Origin: an uncultured Planctomycetota bacterium | Lineage (GTDB): Bacteria > Planctomycetota > Planctomycetia > Isosphaerales > Isosphaeraceae | NCBI GenBank assembly: GCA_963823665.1 | Contig: CAWGMQ010000005.1 | Coordinates: 768,001-832,000 of the forward strand | Direction of reading: 5' to 3' | DNA: 64,000 nucleotides | Shown: positions 41,850 through 51,445 of the stretch, piece after piece | Layout: each line of letters starts with the position of its first letter | Position numbering within the stretch: position 1 is the first letter of the stretch | The notes under the pieces: model-generated | Database searches by the model: none | What the model was told of the DNA's origin: nothing | The model's input: the letters and a program-made list of their open reading frames with translations, nothing else | Translations under genes and position numbers: made by a program

Positions 41850-44192
41850 TTATGGGCCGTCGGTATGGACCAGGAGATATCGTCCGTCGGGCGAGAATGT
41901 AAATGGGCCGTAAGGGAACGCCGCGAAACCACCGAGTTCCTCGTCCGGCCCCTTGGCCGCCACCGGCTTCGCGCGACGCGACTCCTTCAGCTCGACCGAA
42001 TAGAGCGTTCGCTTGTTGTCGTCGACGCCGCTGAAATAGCAGCGACGCTCTTCAGCAAAGTAAACCGGCCAGCCCGGTGCGACGTCGAGCTCGCGGTCGC
42101 GCCGCCAGAGAACCTCGACGATCTTTGCCTCGCCCGCGTCGCTCACGTCGAGGATGGCAACGGTGTCCGCCTCGTCCTTGCCGGCCGTGGCGAGCGCCGC
42201 CACCAGTCTGCCCGGGCCTGCCCAGCTCGGCCACGAGAAAACACGGTATCCCTGCAGCGAGAGCGGCGCCTCGGTCATTTTCTCGACGTTCATCATGGTG
42301 GACGCAGGAAAATCTTCGAAGCCGTTCACCAGCAACTGGCGCCCGTCGGGTGACCAGGACGGGTTCCCAAATTCCCCCGCACGGCGTCGTTGCGAGCCGT
42401 CGGCCTCCATCACCCACATGCCTGCCTCCACCCCTTCTGCCGTTCCGGGATTAATCATGAACGCGATCTTCTTGTCGTCCGACGAGAAGGTTGGGCAATT
42501 GCCCGGGCCGAGGTCCGTGAACACAGGGCGCCCGTCGCGAATATCCACAGACAAGACATGCGCGTTGCGCCAGTTGGTTCCCGGCGACGCATCGAACACA
42601 ATCCGTGTGCCGTCGTGCGACCAATCAGGTGATCCACACCACGTCAGCCCCGGCAGGGGTTCATCCGCAACCAAGGTCTTCCCGCCTGCGACCAGATCCA
42701 CCATATACAACTGATTTCGGTCCCCGAGCGCTGGACCCCGCCGGGGCTGCTGACGCTTGAGCACATCAGCGAGCCGGTTGACAGCCAGGCCTCGTTGCTC
42801 CTTGAGCGCCAAGGCGGACTGGGTGGCTGCGTCCGGTCCCGTCGCCGAAACCGCCCGCGGGGCGGCTCTGAGCGCCTTGAGCTCATCCCGTATGTTCGCG
42901 ACCTTCCTCTGCACGGGCTGATAGGCCGGCCACGCGTAGATGCGTGCGACTGTGCGCACGATTTCCTGCGCCAGCACCCCACCCTGGTCGCCGTTGGCCA
43001 TCACCACAGCGCCGTTACCCCCGCGACCAAACGCGACGAACCTGCACTTGAAGCCCTGGTTGCTCCCGCCGTGCGCGAACGTGAGTGAGTCGCCCGAGCC
43101 CTGGATTTCAAACCCCAGTCCATATCCATCAGCCACCGGGGTGATCATGACTCGCACCGACTCGGCCGAGAGGACACGGTTTGGCTCCCCTCGCAGCGCG
43201 TTTTGCAGCTCGATCGCGAAACGGGCCAGGTCTGACGGCGTCGTCCAGAGCCCGGCCGCGGCCATCTCCGGGTAGGTGTGCCACCGGCCGGGGATCGGAT
43301 TGCCGTCGGATCCGTGGCCAGTAGCCGCCAGCTTTCGTCGGCCCTCCGGAAGCGGCTGTTCATAACTGCTCGCGTTCATCCCGATCTTGGCCAGCACGAG
43401 GTCGCGCATCGCGGCCGGGAACTCGCGGCCGGTCACGTCCTGGACAAGCTGCTGCAGCACCGTGTAACCGCCGCCCGAATAGCGATGGACGCTGCCCGGG
43501 AGGATGTCCACCCGGATCGGGGCCGAGTTCGCCGGCTTTTCTCCGTTGAGGATCTGGATCAACGTCGGCCTCGGCTCCCCGGCCGCGTATCCGCGGAAAC
43601 CGTGGACGGTCACGCCGGCGGTGTGCGAAAGCAGACGGCGCACCGTCACGCGAGACTCCGCCGTGAACTCGTTGTCGGGAACTTTCCAGGAACGGAGCTT
43701 GACGTTTGCTTCCTCGTCGAGAAAGAACTTGCCGGCCTCGGCCAGTGCCATGACGCCCACGGCGCAGACCGGCTTGCTGATCGAGGCGGCCTGAAACAAC
43801 GTCTCGGGCGTCACCGGATCGGGGCACCCCGCCTCACGCAATCCGTACCCCTTGGCCCACGCGATTCGTCCCTTGTCGATCACCGCGACGCTCACACCAG
43901 GCACCTTGAGCTCGGCCATGCGCTCCTTCAGTGTCTTCGCGTCGATCGGCTCTCCTTCAAACACCATGGGCGGAATGAGTCCCGCTTCGAAGGCCCGGAT
44001 CTTTCCCGAGACATCGTCGCTTGACGCGGGCGCCGCGGGCGATGCCTCCCGACGCGCTGCCGGCAGCGTTCCCGCCGCCGCGGCCGATTCCTGCGCTTCG
44101 GGCAGCGCGGTCGAGGGCGGTGCGGTCTGGGCCTGTGCACGCCACCCGGAAGCGGCCAGGCAAACGAGAATCGTGCAAGTCATGGATCTCAT
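41850..44192 (-). CDS. Serine hydrolase (class C beta-lactamase fold) fused to a TolB/WD40-like propeller
   Basis: SISK (SxxK), LLSHTAG, YSG and HGG motifs; C-terminal P.WS.DG repeats. Confidence 0.85.
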   Translation of the reverse strand: MRSMTCTILVCLAASGWRAQAQTAPPSTALPEAQESAAAAGTLPAARREASPAAPASSDDVSGKIRAFEAGLIPPMVFEGEPIDAKTLKERMAELKVPGVSVAVIDKGRIAWAKGYGLREAGCPDPVTPETLFQAASISKPVCAVGVMALAEAGKFFLDEEANVKLRSWKVPDNEFTAESRVTVRRLLSHTAGVTVHGFRGYAAGEPRPTLIQILNGEKPANSAPIRVDILPGSVHRYSGGGYTVLQQLVQDVTGREFPAAMRDLVLAKIGMNASSYEQPLPEGRRKLAATGHGSDGNPIPGRWHTYPEMAAAGLWTTPSDLARFAIELQNALRGEPNRVLSAESVRVMITPVADGYGLGFEIQGSGDSLTFAHGGSNQGFKCRFVAFGRGGNGAVVMANGDQGGVLAQEIVRTVARIYAWPAYQPVQRKVANIRDELKALRAAPRAVSATGPDAATQSALALKEQRGLAVNRLADVLKRQQPRRGPALGDRNQLYMVDLVAGGKTLVADEPLPGLTWCGSPDWSHDGTRIVFDASPGTNWRNAHVLSVDIRDGRPVFTDLGPGNCPTFSSDDKKIAFMINPGTAEGVEAGMWVMEADGSQRRRAGEFGNPSWSPDGRQLLVNGFEDFPASTMMNVEKMTEAPLSLQGYRVFSWPSWAGPGRLVAALATAGKDEADTVAILDVSDAGEAKIVEVLWRRDRELDVAPGWPVYFAEERRCYFSGVDDNKRTLYSVELKESRRAKPVAAKGPDEELGGFAAFPYGPFTFSPDGRYLLVHTDGP

Positions 44193-44267
44193 CGCCGCAA
44201 TCCGGTCCTTTCGGATAAGTGTTCACTGGTTGAAGCCCCGGGAAAACCAGGGTTTCCGTTGATCACC

Positions 44268-44301
44268 GACGTTTGTAACAGACATGTCTTACAAATGTCA
44301 A
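44268..44301 (-). promoter_or_regulatory. Promoter with overlapping dyad operator upstream of the serine hydrolase
   Basis: Minus strand TTGACA-18 bp-TACAAA; inverted repeat GACGTTTGTAA/TTACAAATGTC around the central palindrome AGACATGTCT. Confidence 0.55.
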
Positions 44302-44440
44302 TGGCACTGCTGCGCTCGTACTGCCGAGTTCCGATCTGTGAACGCGTGAGCGCTCGGCTATCACTGGCGCGACAACGTTGCTGCTCGGGTGCAAGAACGG
44401 AACGGAACGGCATTACATTCACGGCTCGAACCCGCCGCTG

Positions 44441-44528
44441 GTCGCTCGCGGCGCTTTATCCGTCGGGCGTTGACGAAAAACGCTGGGGCGACGGCGTGCT
44501 CGCACGAAAGAAGAGCCTTGGGTAATAA
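44441..44528 (+). pseudogene. Second, diverged copy of the DUF1156 3' tip
   Basis: SLAALYPSGVDEKRWGDGVLARKKSLG* versus SLSALYPPGIDEKRWVDGVLARKKSLGL* at 38440-38527. Confidence 0.9.
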
Positions 44529-44547
44529 TTAAAGTCGGAGGTGACCC

Positions 44548-44814
44548 ATGAAAGCGATCACGATTGAAGTTCCGGATAACCTGAGCGTCGCCGTCGCCGA
44601 GTCGGATGATGACTTGCCTCGTGCGATTCGCCTCGCCGCGGCGATCCAGTGGTACAGCCAAGGGCTCATTTCCCAGGGCAAAGGCGCCGAGCTCGCCGGA
44701 CTGACACGCGCCGGCTTTCTGGAAGCACTGTTTCATGGGAAGGTGCCAGCCTGCCAGGTGACGCCAGAGGAGCTCGCGGAGGAGCTGCGCCTTGCCTCGA
44801 AAGCGGATCGTTGA
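44548..44814 (+). CDS. UPF0175 family putative antitoxin (second allele)
   Basis: IRLAAAIQWYSQGLISQGKGAELAGLTR; shares ALFH.KVPACQVT with 38547..38834. Confidence 0.85.
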   Translation: MKAITIEVPDNLSVAVAESDDDLPRAIRLAAAIQWYSQGLISQGKGAELAGLTRAGFLEALFHGKVPACQVTPEELAEELRLASKADR

Positions 44815-45275
44815 CGCCTCACCCCTGATACTTTTGAGCAAACTGAACCTCCTGGACCTTCTCCAAGTTGAGGCCCATGAGGCGATCGTTCCCGATCGCG
44901 TGATCAGTGAGATTCGAGCCTATGGCGCGACCGACTTGACAGTTCAGGCGATTGAGAAGGCGGTGTGGCTTCGCATCGTCCCCACGCCGAGAATGCCCGC
45001 AGCGATCACATCTTGGGATCTCGGTGACGGGGAATCGTCAGTGTTGGCTCGCCCTTGCAGAATCGGGTGTTGAGGTCGTGCTCGATGATCTGCCGGACCG
45101 TCGCCGGGCGGCGGAATTGGGCCTCACGATTCGAGGCACCATCGGGATCGTCGTGCTAGCCCGGCAGAAGAACGTAATTCCCGCAGCACGACCCGTGTTC
45201 GACGAACTTCGCCGATGCGGCATGTACCTCAGAGAGGAATTCGCGAAACGGATGCCGGCTCAAGTCGGAGAATAA
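44792..45275 (+). CDS. DUF3368 PIN-like protein (frameshift near 45050)
   Basis: VDASPLI, LGDGE, LDD and GTIGIV motifs. Confidence 0.8.
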
Positions 45276-45280
45276 CGCCC

Positions 45281-45445
45281 GCGCCCAAACTACGCCTCTC
45301 GTACCAGGTCGTCACGCCGCGGGAAGGCCTCCGTGAAAACCGTCCGCTCGACGCTTCCGAGTTCGCGGTCAACCGCGCCCAAAGCGCCAGCAACGGGGCG
45401 ATCGTCGCGAAAGACGATCTCGAGCCCGCCCGTTTCTTCGAGTCA
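45281..45445 (+). pseudogene. DUF499 AAA+ ATPase N-terminal remnant
   Basis: KLRLSYQVVTPREGLRENRPLDASEFAV...EPARFFE resembles, from memory, the KLKPW..VV.PREDL.....LDASEFAV N-terminus of DUF499 proteins. Confidence 0.7.
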
Positions 45446-45711
45446 GATGCACGCGATCAAGACAACTGATTGCAGCAGCTCCAGCCAACGGCGATATGCT
45501 GTGACACACACCCCTTCCGATTGCCGGCGGGATGTGATAAGCGCTTTGATATTCGACGTGATGATTTACCTTTCCGTCTCCCTTCGGGTATTGGTAGCTC
45601 AAGACTCGCCGCGAATAACGGCTTCTCCCAGGTGGCGGAGTCGCCGCCGCAGACCGCGATGGCGATGTCATTCGCCAGCGCCTGACCGAACACACCCGGA
45701 GCTCACCCCCA

Positions 45712-47261
45712 ATGCGCGTCGCGCTCGTCAACGCCCCCCTCGAGTCCGCCGTCTGCGACTACGGTGTGGGCCACCAGATGCCCCTGGGCTTGTTGATGAT
45801 CGGCGGCGCCCTGCGAAGTCGCTGTGACGTCACACTCATCGACGCCGCGCGAAATCATCTCTCCGACGCAGAGATCGCCCGCCGCGTGAAAGACTCGGAC
45901 GCCCAGATCGCGATGATCGCCCACGTCGGCTCAACCCAGGCCCATCCTTGCTGCGTGCGCACGCTCGCCGCGCTCAAGGCGACGAGACCCGACCTCATCA
46001 CGGTCTACGGCGGCGTCTATCCGACTTACCACGCCAAGGCGATCCTTGCCCAGCACCCCGAGGTCGATGTGATCGTTCTGGGCGAAGGGGAAGCCACCGC
46101 AGCCGAACTGGCCGATGCGCTCGTCCGGCAGGCATCGCCATCAGATGGCACAACGACGGCATCGGACCTCTCGGGCGTGCGCCGGCATCGCATGGCGGCG
46201 GCACGGCGAAATCATGGTCAACCCTCACCGCGCCGATTGCCGACCTCGATGCCCACCCGATCGCCTGGGAGCTGATCGAAGACTGGGATAGCTATCGCGC
46301 CTTCGGTCTGGGTCGCGCCGCGGTCGTGCAGTTCTCGCGCGGCTGCCCGCACACCTGCACTTATTGCGGCCAGTGGATGTTCTGGAAGAAGTGGCGCCAC
46401 CGCGACGTCACGAAGTTCGTCGACGAGATCGAATGGCTCAGGCGCGAGCACGATGTCCGCTTCTTCTGGATCGCCGACGAAAACCCGACAACTCTCAAGG
46501 ACGTCTGGCGCGATGTCCTCGCGGAAATCGCCCGCCGTAACCTCGGTATCGCCATGTGCGCCTCGATCCGCGCGCAGGATATTGTCCGCGATGAAGATAT
46601 CCTGCCCGTGTACCGGCAGGCGGGCTTTCTCTACGTGTTGATGGGGGTGGAATCGGTCACCGACGACACCCTCGTGAAGATCCGCAAGGGCTCAAGTGTC
46701 GATGATGCCTACCATGCCGTTCGTCTCTTGCGCCAGAACGGTATTCTCTCCATCGTCGACTATATCTTCGGTCTCGAGGAGGAGACGCCGCGCACGATCT
46801 GGCGGGGATTACGCGGGCTGCTGCACTACGACGGTGACTTCGTCAACGCACTGTACGTGACCCCGCACTCCTGGACGCCGCTGGGCCGCGAGATGAAGGA
46901 CTTCGCGATCGTCGAGCCCGACCTCTGGCGCTGGGACTACCGCCATCAGGTCGTCGCTGTGAAGCAGCTCACACCCGCGCAGCTTCTGCTGGGCGTGAAA
47001 CTCGTCGAGCTGATCTATCATCTGCACCCTCGACGCATCTGGCAGATCATCGCAGCGCCCGATCGCCGCGTTCGGCGGCAGTTGCGACACTGCGCCGGCC
47101 ACGTCGCGGCGGTCTACTGGTACGAGATCTACGAGGCCCTCTCGCGCCGCCTTCAAAGCGCCCTCCGCCGTCGTAAGACACTGCATTCAGCGCTCGGTGG
47201 AACACAGACGCTTCACCCGGCCCCGCCGAGCCGGTATGCTGAATCGGCCCCGGGAGCGTGA
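45712..47261 (+). CDS. B12-binding radical SAM enzyme, BchE-like (frameshifts near 46190-46230)
   Basis: PLGL, GGVYPT and GEGE B12 domain motifs; SRGCPHTCTYC; ADENPT. Confidence 0.85.
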
Positions 47262-47288
47262 CGCTGGACCTTGCCAAGGAAACTTCCC

Positions 47289-48924
47289 ATGTCGAGACCT
47301 CGTCGATCGGTTGCCGTACTGACTCTGGCTGTTCTGTTTGGATGGGGCTCGATCGCGCTCGCCTGCACGAGCATCGTGGTGAGCCGCGGAGCGTCCAAGG
47401 ACGGCTCCGTGATGATCAGCTATTCGGCGGATGCCCCGTTCATGCCGAGGCTGCTCTACGTGCCCGGCGGAAAACACCAGGCCGGCGAGCTGATTCAGGT
47501 CCGAGCGTGGGAGAACGATCGGCTCTGCGGACCGGTGAAACAGGTGGCCCAGACGTATTCGGTCGTCGGGCTGATGAATGAGCATCAGCTTTCCCTCGGC
47601 GAGACGACGACGGGCGGTCGCCGCGAGCTGCGTGATCCCAAGGGGATGCTCGACTACGATGCTCTCATGCTGCTCACGCTCCAGCGCGCCAGAACCGCGC
47701 GAGGCGATCAAGATGGTCGACGAGCTCGCCCGCGAGTACGGTTATCAATCGTCGGGCGAGACATTCTCGATCGCCGACCCGAACGAAGCCTGGATCATGG
47801 AGTTAATCGGCAAGGGGCCTGGCCAGAAAGGAATCGTCTGGGTCGCCGCTCGCGTGCCCGATGGGATGATCACCGCCCATGCGAATCTGAGCCGGATCAC
47901 CACGTTCCCGCTCAACGATTCCGAGAACTGGCTCTATTCCCCCGATGTCATCTCTTTCGCGATCGAGAAGAAATTCTACTCCACGGATTCCCAGAAGCCG
48001 TTCAGTTACCGCGATGCCTATCATCCCGGCATCGGCGCTTCGCAGAAGCGCTCGTGTGCCGGCCGCGTCTGGAGCATCTACCGCCGTTCCGCTCAATCGC
48101 AGCAGTTTTCCGACGCGTTCTTCCGTGGCAAAGAAGGGGTGGAAGACTACCCGCTCTTCATCAAGCCCGATGCGCCCCTCGGTGCTGCCGATGTGATGGC
48201 CTTGATGCGTGATCACTTTGAAGGCACGCCCTACGACATGACCAAGGGGCTCGACGCCGGACCGTTCGGCACCCCGTACCGCTACCGCGACCTTTCTTTC
48301 AAGGTGGATGGCGCGAGCTTTATGTGGGAGCGGCCGATTTCGACACAGCAAGCCGGTTTCGTCACCGTGAGCCAGAGCCGCAAGGGAATGCCCGACGCCG
48401 TCGGAGGCGTCACCTGGTTCACCCCAGACGACGCTTCCACCTCGTGCTTCACCCCATTCTACTGCGGAATCACCGCCTTGCCGGGCCCGTACGTGAAGGG
48501 CGACTACAACAAATTCGAGTGGGACTCGGCGTGGTGGGTGTGGAACCTTGTCTCGAACCTCTGCTACGACCGCTGGTCGCGGATCGCTCCCGATATGCAA
48601 GCCGCCCAGTCCCGGCGCGAGGCTGACCTGTTCAAGATGCAGCCCGTGATCGAGGAAGCCGCCGTGAAGCTGGGATCAACCGATCCGGACCTGATGCGCG
48701 AGTTCCTGACGAATTATTCGGTATCAACCGGCGAAGCCGTCTTCCGCAACTGGCAGGGGCTGGCCGGTTCAATCCTGGTCAAGCATGTGGACGGCTATGT
48801 GAAAGGCCCGCAGGGAGGACGAGCCAGGGCAGTCGGCTATGCTCCCGAATGGCTCAAACGAGTCGTCGCCGACCGGCCTGAACAATTCAAGGTCGAGATC
48901 GAGGCGATCCGGAACGACCACTGA
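47289..48924 (+). CDS. C69 family dipeptidase (Ntn hydrolase; frameshift near 47700)
   Basis: Signal peptide followed by CTSIVV (N-terminal Cys); [25 protein letters not shown] and ERPIS motifs. Confidence 0.88.
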
Positions 48925-48958
48925 GAAATCATCGCGTATCCGTTACCCAGTGGTTCCG

Positions 48959-49678
48959 ATGCCCTACGTGAACGCCAATGTGTACCCGTGGCCGTTTCGC
49001 GGCGATCTTCGTCCCTTGAACACTGCGCTCATTGTGGTCGACATGCAGACCGACTTCTGCGGATATGGCGGATACGTCGACCGCATGGGCTACGACGTGG
49101 AAATGATGCGGAGGCCGATCGAGCCGATCGCGGCTCTGCTCGAGTCGATGCGGGCGAACGGCTACCACATCCTCTACACGCGCGAGGGACACCGGCCTGA
49201 CCTGTCCGATCTCCCCGACAACAAACGCTGGCGATCCCAGCGAATCGGCGCTGGCATCGGTGATGCTGGGCCGTGCGGTCGCATCCTCGTACGCGGAGAG
49301 CCGGGCTGGGAAATCATCCCCGAGCTAGCCCCCCTTCCGTCTGAGGCGATTATCGATAAGCCCGGCAAGGGGGGCTTCTATTCCACCGACCTCGAGCTCA
49401 TCCTTCGTCATCGGGGAATTGAGAATCTGATCGTGTGCGGCATCACGACCGATGTGTGCGTGCACACGACGCTGCGAGAGGCAAACGATCGGGGATTCGA
49501 GTGCCTGCTTCTCGATGATTGTTGCGCGGCGACCGATGAGGGCAACCACCTTGCGGCGCTGAAGATGGTCACGATGCAGGGCGGGGTCTTCGGCGCCGTC
49601 TCGTCCTCCGGCGCGCTCATTGAAGCGCTCGGTAGCGTCCCACGTAACTCCAATATTCCCAATGACTTGACGCCGTAA
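48959..49678 (+). CDS. biuH: Cysteine hydrolase, biuret amidohydrolase-like
   Basis: [28 protein letters not shown] and TTDVCVHTT motifs. Confidence 0.75.
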   Translation: MPYVNANVYPWPFRGDLRPLNTALIVVDMQTDFCGYGGYVDRMGYDVEMMRRPIEPIAALLESMRANGYHILYTREGHRPDLSDLPDNKRWRSQRIGAGIGDAGPCGRILVRGEPGWEIIPELAPLPSEAIIDKPGKGGFYSTDLELILRHRGIENLIVCGITTDVCVHTTLREANDRGFECLLLDDCCAATDEGNHLAALKMVTMQGGVFGAVSSSGALIEALGSVPRNSNIPNDLTP

Positions 49679-49990
49679 CGAATGCGCGTCGAGGCTCGTT
49701 CCGACCTGCGCCAAAGCGGGTTTGCAGCCGGAGGAACCGGCAAACGTCGCCCTTCTCAGTGTCGACCTTCCTCGTTGGCCCCGGCTCTCCGATCTGCTCT
49801 TGCCGGATTTGTGTCGATCCGTTAAATCCTCACGACATCCAACTCTCAGTTCCGTATCCATCGATCCCGCGAACGCGCCGGGGTTCCGATAGTCGCCTTT
49901 CGCTCCGCGAAAGTGCACCTCATCGATCCCGCGGGCGCGGGGGTTCCTACGAGCGCGGAAGCACCTCACGCTCGAGTCAGGGGTCGTCCG

Positions 49991-51193
49991 ATGCCGAGCG
50001 ATCGCCAGCGGTGGCGAGCCGTTCTTCTCACGACAGGGATTGTCTGCGCGACGACTTCCGCGGGCTGCTTCACATTCCCGTTCGCCCGGCGTACCGCTGA
50101 CCCGGCTCCGGAGCCCTCGACTTCCTCGAGCACGAATGCAGACCACCTGAGTGTTGCACCAAACACAACGCTTCCAGGCCGGCTCGATTCCTCCGTCCGC
50201 AGTGCTTCTGTTCACGCCGCCGATATTCCGGCGTCGGCCTCGGTGGCGACGCCATTCCTGACCGCGCCCGGGGGCTCTTCGCCCACGCCGGCCGCCGAGT
50301 TTCCGCTCGAGTTACAGGCAGTTCCCGCCGGCTCAACCAGACAAGAAAAAGGTGCCCTCGGCGTGCCCGCGACGAGCGCTCCTCCTTCAAAAGCCGAACC
50401 GGCTCGCCCGCCCGCCACACCGCTACTTGATGCAGCCATCCAGCGAGTGGCCGATATCACCCGAGAGCAGCGCGACGCGATCGCGTCCGCTCCCGTCCCG
50501 GAACCGGTCGAGGACACGAAACGCCTGCAAGCGATAGCCTCGATACCCGAGCGACGAGTATCCGCCCAGAACACGAAAAAGCCCGATCAGCACCCCAGGA
50601 ATGACGATGTCATTCCGCTTCCGGAGCGAATTTCCCGAAGCCCTGAAGACGATCTTCCGCCCGCACAACCGCCGATGGGTGTGCCAAAACACCCCGCATC
50701 GCCTGCGGGACCGCCCAAGCCCGCCGAGACCAGGCCCGCCGAGACCAGGCCGGCCGAGACCAAGCCGGCCGAGGCGATCCCCAAGGTGCATGCCACGGAG
50801 CTTTCGATCGGTGATTTGCGATTTTGCCGCAACGTGCTTGGTTTCGGTTCGTTCGAGCCACTCGCGACCGATCGCGTCACGGCCGGCCAGCACTTGCTCG
50901 TCTACTGCGAGCTGGCCGGCGTTCAATACGAAGAGCGGGGCGATGACTACGTTTCGCGAATTTCATCGCGCGTCGAGATCAAGCCAGCGGACGGCGGGCC
51001 GGTGCTCTGGTCACGCGAGCTCGGAGATGCCCAGGATGTGTGCCGCCGGCGTCGACGCGACTATTACGTGAATTACCGCGTCGAGGTTCCGAAAACGCTC
51101 GCCCCCGGCTCGTACCGCCTGCGGCTGCTCCAGACCGACCTGGTCGCCGGCAGCGCGACATCGGGCGAGATCCCGTTCGAAATCACCCGTTGA
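49991..51193 (+). CDS. Pro/Ala-rich hypothetical lipoprotein
   Basis: Leader ending SAGC, low-complexity middle and C-terminal globular domain (FCRNVLGFG). Confidence 0.65.
   Translation: MPSDRQRWRAVLLTTGIVCATTSAGCFTFPFARRTADPAPEPSTSSSTNADHLSVAPNTTLPGRLDSSVRSASVHAADIPASASVATPFLTAPGGSSPTPAAEFPLELQAVPAGSTRQEKGALGVPATSAPPSKAEPARPPATPLLDAAIQRVADITREQRDAIASAPVPEPVEDTKRLQAIASIPERRVSAQNTKKPDQHPRNDDVIPLPERISRSPEDDLPPAQPPMGVPKHPASPAGPPKPAETRPAETRPAETKPAEAIPKVHATELSIGDLRFCRNVLGFGSFEPLATDRVTAGQHLLVYCELAGVQYEERGDDYVSRISSRVEIKPADGGPVLWSRELGDAQDVCRRRRRDYYVNYRVEVPKTLAPGSYRLRLLQTDLVAGSATSGEIPFEITR
50720..50773 (+). repeat. 15-bp coding tandem repeat (PAET[RK])
   Basis: About 3.5 copies of CC[CG]GCCGAGACCA[GA]G. 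Confidence 0.75.
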
Positions 51194-51445
51194 AAAGCAG
51201 GCCGCGGATCGTCCCCCGAACCACAACTGTCGCATTTCCCGCCCGCATACGTATAGGTTTCACAGAGTAAAAAGCCCTCGCGTTATCCGCGACGCGTTGC
51301 CAACCGCCTGGCAGAACCAGAAACCGGGCAAATGTTTGGATTTCATCCGGGTTTCTCCCCCGGCGCGTCTTGTCAAAGCAGGCAAGCTGCGAAACAATGG
51401 GCTAATCCGATCTCATCGATGCGAAATGAAGGCGAGGGTGAAATC

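Noticed and set aside
49808..49830. Third 9-10-nt periodic motif (ATTTGTGTCG ATCCGTTAA ATCC)
   Set aside because: Too degenerate to support.
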